Positions 57,886-64,000 of a stretch of 64,000 nt of DNA are shown one piece after another. The position numbers and the translations under genes are program-made. This DNA is from an uncultured Pseudomonadales bacterium (lineage in GTDB: Bacteria; Patescibacteriota; Microgenomatia; UBA1400; PJMF01): the NCBI GenBank assembly GCA_964653045.1, contig CAZZBW010000002.1, positions 298 to 64,297 of the forward strand, in the 5' to 3' direction. The notes under the pieces are model-generated. The model ran no database searches and was not told the DNA's origin. It saw only the letters and a list, made by a program, of their open reading frames with translations. Each line of letters opens with the position of its first letter. The stretch's first letter is position 1.

Positions 57886-58479
57886 TTACTCATCCCACCC
57901 GTCTCCATACCAAAGTCCCAATGCTAACTTAGTAATGTTGGCATACTCGTCAGTCCGGGTAACAAAATTACGGGTGACTACTCCAATCATGCCTTGATTA
58001 TGACGAATGTCGGCGCCGGCGAAAAGATGGCTTAGAGCCGGCCCCATTTCTTCACCAGACCTGATTGGATCAGCAATAATTGGTGGTAACTTAATTCGGG
58101 AACCGTTGGCGGTGTGAACGCGACCATCCTGATCCACCACCGCTCCCCAAACCGTTGACCACAACTCTTTTCCCAAATCGCACACACCGCCTTCTAGACC
58201 AAAGCCTAAACAAACAGCCTTGTTTTTCTTTTCCAACTCAGCTAAACCAATTTTTAACGCCAATTTTGCCCGGTTAATTGCACCACGCATAGTCTCGTCA
58301 TCACTTCTAGGTTGAGCTGGTACTCCAGACTCAACTGCAAATCCTTTCACTATTGTTTGCGGCCAATATTCTCCAACAGCCCGCTGCACAGCGTTCAGCT
58401 TCACTCGGTTATCAGAGCCAACAAAACAGTAATCCAGCGCTTTGATTGGTTTAGTCAAAATTTGTGTTTGATTATTCAT
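57886..58479 (-). CDS. yjjX: Inosine/xanthosine triphosphatase (DUF84)
   Basis: VGS.N.VK, SGV..QP...ET..GA.NRA, GLEGG and G.IG motifs. Confidence 0.88.
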   Translation of the reverse strand: MNNQTQILTKPIKALDYCFVGSDNRVKLNAVQRAVGEYWPQTIVKGFAVESGVPAQPRSDDETMRGAINRAKLALKIGLAELEKKNKAVCLGFGLEGGVCDLGKELWSTVWGAVVDQDGRVHTANGSRIKLPPIIADPIRSGEEMGPALSHLFAGADIRHNQGMIGVVTRNFVTRTDEYANITKLALGLWYGDGWDE

Positions 58480-58880
58480 TATTTTTTCCTAGTTAACTCC
58501 AACGCCAATGCCCTTTTGACTGTCATCAATCCCAAGCTCAAACACTTGAGTCGCATCGAACTGATCTGCGTCAATCCAAGCTGGGCAAGCAGAGCTTCGC
58601 TCTTGAGCCCCAACACTTGTTTGATGCTCATGCCTTTGATCATCTCGGATAAAACACTCATCGCGGCTGTGCTGATCGCACAGCCGCTCCCCTGCCATTT
58701 GACTTCGTCAATCTTTTTCCCATCGGCACTCAGCTTCATTCCCACCGTGATTTTATCGCCGCAGCTAATATTTCGTTCAGCTTTAATTATCTGCAAGCCA
58801 GTTAACTCACCAAAGTTTTTTGGGTACTTGGCCTCCTCTAGAATCACCTGCTGGTAAAGATTGTCAGCGCTATCACTCAT
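58479..58880 (-). CDS. sufU: SufU/IscU-type Fe-S scaffold or sulfur-transfer protein
   Basis: LY...I, N.SCGD, GCAIS and R.KC motifs. Confidence 0.9.
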   Translation of the reverse strand: MSDSADNLYQQVILEEAKYPKNFGELTGLQIIKAERNISCGDKITVGMKLSADGKKIDEVKWQGSGCAISTAAMSVLSEMIKGMSIKQVLGLKSEALLAQLGLTQISSMRLKCLSLGLMTVKRALALELTRKK

Positions 58881-59335
58881 CACTGTTTTATACCTTGTTT
58901 GGCTTCCCACTCTCTGACCACTGCCAACGCTTCAGCCTCCAGCTCTTTGAGATGAATAAACTCGATTGATTGATTAAAGGTTTTAATCAATGGGCGGGCA
59001 TTAGCCGGGGTTTCGTAGTAATCACCTGACACTTTACTCTTCGACACAGCGTACACAATCCGCCTGATACCCGCCCAATACGCCACCCCAGTGCACATCA
59101 GGCATGATTCCAAACCAATATATAAAGTCGCGCCTGTTAAAACACCATTTTTATTAAACGCCTCAGTGACTGCTTTAGAATCGGCGTGAAATAATCCCGG
59201 AAACGGAACACTAACCGCCGAGGCTAATATTTCACCATCTTTGACTACCACTGCCCCAGCAGGAAAGTTGCCTTCTGCTAGCGATTTTCGTGAATTAGCA
59301 ATTGCTTGCTCTAAAAAATGTTTATCCTTATTCAT
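58880..59335 (-). CDS. Nucleoside deaminase superfamily protein (atypical motif)
   Basis: FPAGAVVVKDGE, HAD in place of HAE, ESCLMC in place of EPCxxC. Confidence 0.82.
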   Translation of the reverse strand: MNKDKHFLEQAIANSRKSLAEGNFPAGAVVVKDGEILASAVSVPFPGLFHADSKAVTEAFNKNGVLTGATLYIGLESCLMCTGVAYWAGIRRIVYAVSKSKVSGDYYETPANARPLIKTFNQSIEFIHLKELEAEALAVVREWEAKQGIKQ

Positions 59336-59348
59336 ATTTCTCTAGTTA

Positions 59349-60566
59349 CTAACCAAATACTTTTTTGACTTTTTTCAATCCGTCAACCAGCTTGTCGATG
59401 TCTTCTGGTGAATTATAAACACCAAAGCTGGCGCGAACGGTTGCCGTCCAACCGAAGTGGGTATGTAGCGGCATACAACAGTGGTGACCGGAGCGCACGG
59501 CGATGTTTTCACTATCCAAAATTTGAGCTACATCGTGAGCGTGGACACCGCGGTACAGGAATGCAATCGAGCCAAGGCGGGTGGCGTCGGTGGGACCGAC
59601 GAGCTCAATTTCTTTAATCTGTGAAAGTTTTTCGAGAGCCAGTGCGGTCAACTCCCAATCGTGGGAGTTGACCGCAGGCATAGTTAAGTCAGATAAAAAC
59701 TTGCACGCCTCGGCCAGCCCCGCGGCCGAGACGACATCCGGCGTGCCGGCAGTGAACCGCTCAGCCAACTCTTCGTTGTAAGTACTTTTATCTAAATTAA
59801 CCGCTTCGATCATCCCACCGCCGAATAAATAGGGACGAAACTCTTCGCTTGTTAACAAAGATTTTTTCACTAATAAGCCGCCAACTCCCATCGGCCCATA
59901 CATTTTGTGACCGGAAAAAGCAAGGAAATCTGCGCCAATTTTGTTAAAATCAATTTTAATTCTGGACGCGGCTTGAGCCGCGTCCAACAGTACCCGCACA
60001 CGATATTTTTTTGCTAGTTCAATCACGCGACCAACATCGTTAACTGTACCCAACGCATTAGATAAATAACTAACTGCCACCAACTTAACTTGTTGATTTA
60101 GGTGTTTTTCTAACCACTCATAATCTAATTGTCCGGTAGGTAAAACTGGGATGAATTCAAGCCGCGCGCCGGTGCGCGCGCACAACTCCTGCCACGGAAC
60201 AATGTTCGCGTGATGTTCCATCACGCTACTGATAATCACGTCCCCGGCATGCAAATTTCGTTCACCCCATCCATAAGCTACCGCATTGATACTTTCGGTA
60301 GCGTTTCGGGTAATGATCAGCTCTTCGGGTTGGGCACCAAAAAACTGTGCAATGGTTTTTCTTGCTTCTAACCAATTATTAGTACTAATATCGGACAATT
60401 TATGTACTCCGCGATGAACGTTGGCATTTGACGTTTGGTAATACTTTCCAATCGCGTCAATTACGCTTTCAGGTTTTTGGGTAGTGGCGGCATTATCCAA
60501 ATAAACTAAGTTAGGATAAGTGCGAAAAATGGAAAATTGGGATTTTAATAACACTGCGTTCAACAT
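59349..60566 (-). CDS. sufS: Cysteine desulfurase SufS
   Basis: YLDNAATTQKP, ANVHRG, EHHAN, FSGHKM and RSGHHC motifs. Confidence 0.96.
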   Translation of the reverse strand: MLNAVLLKSQFSIFRTYPNLVYLDNAATTQKPESVIDAIGKYYQTSNANVHRGVHKLSDISTNNWLEARKTIAQFFGAQPEELIITRNATESINAVAYGWGERNLHAGDVIISSVMEHHANIVPWQELCARTGARLEFIPVLPTGQLDYEWLEKHLNQQVKLVAVSYLSNALGTVNDVGRVIELAKKYRVRVLLDAAQAASRIKIDFNKIGADFLAFSGHKMYGPMGVGGLLVKKSLLTSEEFRPYLFGGGMIEAVNLDKSTYNEELAERFTAGTPDVVSAAGLAEACKFLSDLTMPAVNSHDWELTALALEKLSQIKEIELVGPTDATRLGSIAFLYRGVHAHDVAQILDSENIAVRSGHHCCMPLHTHFGWTATVRASFGVYNSPEDIDKLVDGLKKVKKVFG

Positions 60567-60593
60567 AAATTAACATTCAAAATTATTACTCAC

Positions 60594-61115
60594 TTACTTA
60601 CTTCTTTTTAATCTTTTTTTCAAACCTTCTGGAATGTATTGAGCGATCACCGACACTAATGATTGATTCCGTGGCTTAACGTGATCACTAATAATTAACA
60701 TACAGAGTGAGTGCACATTATCCGGTTTGAGTTGATACTCACGTGACGCTTGTGCCACAAACAAAGCCAAATCATACATTTGTTTATGCGAAAGCGTTAG
60801 CTCTAAATCATGAAAAAATAAGAACGCATCGGTATACAAAATACACATTCGTTTGTTACCGTTTTCAAATGGGTGTAAACAATTTATTTTGTAATAATAC
60901 GCCGCTGCAGCTTCCAAAACGGTCGGATACAGATACGTATCATCAAAAGACTGTGAAACCGCGCCAAGAATGGCTTCCAAACGACCAGGGTATCTTGTTT
61001 CAAACTCTTTAAGCGGTTCTTGGAACTTAACTTGTTGGCGAAAGTTTTCGTAAATACTTTTGCACAAAATCAGGTTCAGCCAAATTTTTGGAGGAGCATT
61101 GAGAGCCGCATTCAT
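60594..61115 (-). CDS. Fic/Doc family protein
   Basis: YPT..E.AA and HPFENGNKR motifs. Confidence 0.85.
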   Translation of the reverse strand: MNAALNAPPKIWLNLILCKSIYENFRQQVKFQEPLKEFETRYPGRLEAILGAVSQSFDDTYLYPTVLEAAAAYYYKINCLHPFENGNKRMCILYTDAFLFFHDLELTLSHKQMYDLALFVAQASREYQLKPDNVHSLCMLIISDHVKPRNQSLVSVIAQYIPEGLKKRLKRSK

Positions 61116-61266
61116 ATTTTTCCAAATTTAAATAAGTTTGACGATATTTTTTGATACTGTTGACCACACTGCCCTTGACTGCGCCATCAGACACTCCAAG
61201 CCCTTCAGCAACTTGTGGCCGCTGCTTGGTACTTGTAGCTAGTCGAGAAATAAAATTTTTCCACAT
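61027..61266 (-). CDS. Small protein upstream of and overlapping doc; putative antitoxin
   Basis: TACACT upstream; KKYRQTYLNLEK helix; 89-bp overlap with doc. Confidence 0.45.
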   Translation of the reverse strand: MWKNFISRLATSTKQRPQVAEGLGVSDGAVKGSVVNSIKKYRQTYLNLEKYECGSQCSSKNLAEPDFVQKYLRKLSPTS

Positions 61267-61291
61267 AACTGATCTTTCAGTGTAACATAGA

Positions 61292-61774
61292 TTAGACTAA
61301 ATAACCAGAGATGATTAACCGGCGCGCGGCTTGACGACTCAAGCCGCGCGACAACAAGTAAAACAGCTGCTTTTCATCAATCTGGGAAATACTAGTTGCG
61401 TGCGAGCACTGGACATCATTGTGATTTATTTCAAGTTCAGGATGTAGTTCAGCTTGAACTGTTTTTGATACAGCGAGAACTCGCGCGGAGAAAAATGATT
61501 TAGCTTCAGAACAACCCGATTCAGTAATAATTTTCCCGCTGATCTTGATTTTGGATCGATATTGAGCAACTGCCTTGAGCGACACGGTGGCAGAATTTTC
61601 ACCGACCATATGCTGAACTATTACACTAACGTCAAGCTGCGAATGTGGGTTTACTTGCCAACGGCCAATGATTTTGACGTACGCTCGTTCTACCAGTAAG
61701 CGCACCAGGTAATCTCCAGCTTTTTTAAGCCTAACTTCCTGCTCACCTGGTTGATCAATGTCAATGATTTTCAT
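61292..61774 (-). CDS. sufD: Short SufD-like protein
   Basis: PELEI...DVQCSHATSI...QLFYLLSRGL motif; ATGA overlap with the sufB stop. Confidence 0.85.
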   Translation of the reverse strand: MKIIDIDQPGEQEVRLKKAGDYLVRLLVERAYVKIIGRWQVNPHSQLDVSVIVQHMVGENSATVSLKAVAQYRSKIKISGKIITESGCSEAKSFFSARVLAVSKTVQAELHPELEINHNDVQCSHATSISQIDEKQLFYLLSRGLSRQAARRLIISGYLV

Positions 61775-63216
61775 CCCACATTGCCTTCCATCTCGCACTC
61801 AATCAAGCGGTTCATTTCGACTGCGTACTCGAGCGGTAAAGTTCGCACCAACTCGCTAATAAATCCATTGACAATCATTTTCCTCGCATCTTCTTCACTG
61901 ATTCCGCGGCTGATTAAATAAAATAGCTGATCTTCACCAACTTTAGAAACTGTCGCCTCGTGCTGCACGTTGGCTTGAGCCTGAAAAATCTTTTGGGTTG
62001 GGTAAGTATCAGATCGTGACTGCTCATCCAAAATCAGCGCGTCGCACACCACGCTGTTTTGACTATGATGAGCTTTAGGTCCAACGTTGACCAGACCACG
62101 ATAGCTAGTCCTCCCGCCATCTTTACTGATCGACTTGGAGACAATGGTAGAGCTGGTGTGCGGAGCTAAGTGAATCGCTTTACTGCCGGTGTCTTGGCGC
62201 TGGCCGCTCCCGGCCAGCGCCATACTTAGCGTCTCCCCTTTTGCCCCTTTGCCAGCCAACACCAAGCTTGGATACTTGATGGTCACCTTACTCCCCAGAT
62301 TAAAATCAGTCCAGATCATCACTCCTTCTGCTTCAACCCACGCCCGCTTGGTTACCAAGTTATATACGTTTTTGTACCAGTTCTGGACTGTGGTGTACTG
62401 GCACCGTCCACCTTTTTTGACGAACACTTCAACTACAGCTGAGTGCAAACTACTTTGAGAAAAGACTGGCGCGGTACACCCCTCAACATAGTGAACTGAA
62501 GCACCTTCGTCAACAATGATTAGAGTCCGCTCAAACTGTCCGGCTCGATTGGCATTAATGCGAAAATATGTCTGGAGCGGCAGCTTAATTTTCACCCCCT
62601 TGGGCACATACACAAACGATCCTCCTGACCAAACAGCGGAATTTAAAGCAGCAAATTTATTGTCACCGCTCGGCACTAATTTACCAAAGTACTGTTTAAC
62701 TAAATCTGGATATAACTTCAACCCTTCGTCCATCGACAAAAAAACCACTCCTTTCTCGCGCCAAGAATAGTGGAGCGAGCCATACACCACCTCGCTATCA
62801 TATTGCGCTTTGACACCGGACAGCACCAATTGCTCAGCTTGAGGCAATCCCAGTTTGGTAAAGGTATTTTTAATCGCGCTGGGAACTTTTGCCCACGAAG
62901 TAGTCACACTGTCAGTCGGCTTCAAAAAGTAATGAAAGTTGTCAAAGTTAAGAAGCGACAGATCTGGTCCCCAGCTGGGTAGAGATTTGCTCTGGAACTG
63001 CGCCAGCGCCGCCAGCCGCTGGCGCAACATCCACTCTGGCTCCGCTTTAATCCCCGAAATTTCTTTGACCAATTCCGGTGATAACTTGAGTTTGCTAATA
63101 TGGCTGTAGCGATCCACCGGATCGCTCCAGCCCGGAAAGTACTGATTGTTCTTTTCGTCTTCCCGCTTTTTGCTTGCTCTTGATTTATTGTTTGTTGCCG
63201 ACTTCACATTTCCCAT
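61771..63216 (-). CDS. sufB: Fe-S cluster assembly protein SufB
   Basis: AQYDSEVVY, NSAVWSGGSF, GQFERTLI, YVEGCTAP and HEATVSK motifs. Confidence 0.97.
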   Translation of the reverse strand: MGNVKSATNNKSRASKKREDEKNNQYFPGWSDPVDRYSHISKLKLSPELVKEISGIKAEPEWMLRQRLAALAQFQSKSLPSWGPDLSLLNFDNFHYFLKPTDSVTTSWAKVPSAIKNTFTKLGLPQAEQLVLSGVKAQYDSEVVYGSLHYSWREKGVVFLSMDEGLKLYPDLVKQYFGKLVPSGDNKFAALNSAVWSGGSFVYVPKGVKIKLPLQTYFRINANRAGQFERTLIIVDEGASVHYVEGCTAPVFSQSSLHSAVVEVFVKKGGRCQYTTVQNWYKNVYNLVTKRAWVEAEGVMIWTDFNLGSKVTIKYPSLVLAGKGAKGETLSMALAGSGQRQDTGSKAIHLAPHTSSTIVSKSISKDGGRTSYRGLVNVGPKAHHSQNSVVCDALILDEQSRSDTYPTQKIFQAQANVQHEATVSKVGEDQLFYLISRGISEEDARKMIVNGFISELVRTLPLEYAVEMNRLIECEMEGNVG

Positions 63217-63250
63217 CGCGGCAGTAGTATATCAGCCAATTTTAACCCAA

Positions 63251-63279
63251 CAAAAAACCACCCTAATGGTGGTTTTTTG
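63251..63279. terminator. Bidirectional Rho-independent terminator
   Basis: CAAAAAACCACC-CTAAT-GGTGGTTTTTTG. Confidence 0.8.
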
Positions 63280-63386
63280 GTCGAACTGACCACTGCTGTA
63301 ACTTTAGAGCCAAACCTGCGATTGAGAAAATTATAACAAACAGCTTAATTTTTATCTAGTATTAATTTTTGATAAAAAAACAATCG

Positions 63387-63454
63387 TGGAGGTGACGGGA
63401 ATCGAACCCGCCAGCCCAACTTCGCAGGTTTGGCCCTACACCAGTAGCACCCCC
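63387..63454 (-). ncRNA. Non-canonical 68-nt tRNA-like RNA or pseudo-tRNA
   Basis: GGGGGTG/CACCTCC-A acceptor, GCGGG-TTCGATT-CCCGT T arm, CTGCGAA loop, minimal CTAC-TGGT-GTAG D hairpin. Confidence 0.65.
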
Positions 63455-63512
63455 ACGACAAAATTCAGTTTAATAAAAATTACTTACAATAACCGTAAAA
63501 TTATTTATTCAA

Positions 63513-63974
63513 TTATTTTTGACTTACCATTTTCCTAATAAACCCATTCGACTTCCCAGCGAAGCCAAAATCGTACCGATCGAACTGATCTAATTTAATC
63601 CAAGCAAATTCGGTGTGTTCGTCGCTAATCACGACTGCAGGTTGAGCCGGCAAAAGAATTTTCCAGCCAACAATAATTGTGTAAACTTGTTTGTCAGCCT
63701 CAAAGTAAGTGCTGAAGTGTAGTGGCACAGCACTGAGTGAGTTAGCATCAACAACAATTCCGGTTTCTTCTTGAATTTCCCTGAATAGTTCTGGCAGATT
63801 GGGGTTGGCAACGTCGGTAATGCTTTGCGGCCACTCGCAGTTGCCGCCAGGCAAATCCCACTGGGCGGGACGAGTGAGAGCGTGGGGCGAGCGCTTGAGG
63901 ATCAAGAGCTCGCCATCAGCCATAATTACAGCTTTTTGTAATAACTTGACCTGCTCGGTTAATTGGTGACTCAT
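63513..63974 (-). CDS. NUDIX hydrolase
   Basis: WDLPGG...REIQEETGI and EHTEFAW motifs; AGGAGG RBS. Confidence 0.9.
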   Translation of the reverse strand: MSHQLTEQVKLLQKAVIMADGELLILKRSPHALTRPAQWDLPGGNCEWPQSITDVANPNLPELFREIQEETGIVVDANSLSAVPLHFSTYFEADKQVYTIIVGWKILLPAQPAVVISDEHTEFAWIKLDQFDRYDFGFAGKSNGFIRKMVSQK

Positions 63975-64000
63975 AAACTCCTCCTTTTTATGCCTGATAT

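Noticed and set aside
58312-58857. 181-aa plus-strand ORF and similar antisense ORFs (e.g. 40166-40591, 44225-44650)
   Set aside because: They lie fully opposite well-supported genes and have no motifs
63387-63454. Calling this a standard tRNA-Arg, tRNA-Ala or tRNA-Cys
   Set aside because: D-arm, linker and variable-loop geometry are non-canonical, and acceptor and anticodon identities conflict
1-64000. CRISPR array, cas genes, integrase, transposase or reverse transcriptase
   Set aside because: No regularly spaced direct repeats with unique 30-40 bp spacers, and no such protein motifs in any ORF
1-64000. Alternative genetic code (UGA=Gly, code 25)
   Set aside because: Conserved genes are full length under code 11, and several end at TGA (e.g. 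sufB, rpe, pfkB)

Overview
This window looks like the chromosome of a reduced-genome bacterium, most likely CPR/Patescibacteria of the Microgenomates type. That assignment is inferred from gene content, tRNA set and apparently leaderless promoters; TGA is used as stop. It holds about 60 CDS, including galU-like, epmA, a double ATP-grasp ligase, hflX, sodA, glycosyltransferases, dus, comF, ftsK, rnj, rpe/rpiB and a suf operon with no sufC. It also holds four tRNAs (Ser-TGA, Arg-GCG, Ser-CGA, Val-CAC), a tmRNA with a 34-aa tag, an NgoPII/HaeIII-type restriction-modification pair and two toxin-antitoxin-like modules. The strongest candidates for undescribed biology are five. (1) A six-gene cell-surface cluster (17.3-27.0 kb) with two WxL/pilin-like proteins sharing a C-terminal domain, two DUF916-like partners and a cohesin/dockerin pair; its 1520-aa member carries three tandem phage tail-fibre-like HxH repeats. 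(2) Three intergenic elements, each a pair of the 16-bp palindrome TAGCAAAATTTTGCTA spaced 150-151 bp apart. (3) A shared TTGACA-(GAA-rich 17 bp)-GAAAAT promoter/leader cassette in front of three unrelated orphan genes. (4) A 68-nt non-canonical tRNA-like RNA with its own antisense segment upstream of sufB. (5) tRNA-Ser genes flanked by tRNA fragments interrupted by a 36-37-bp palindrome. All family assignments come from motif recognition by eye; no searches were run.
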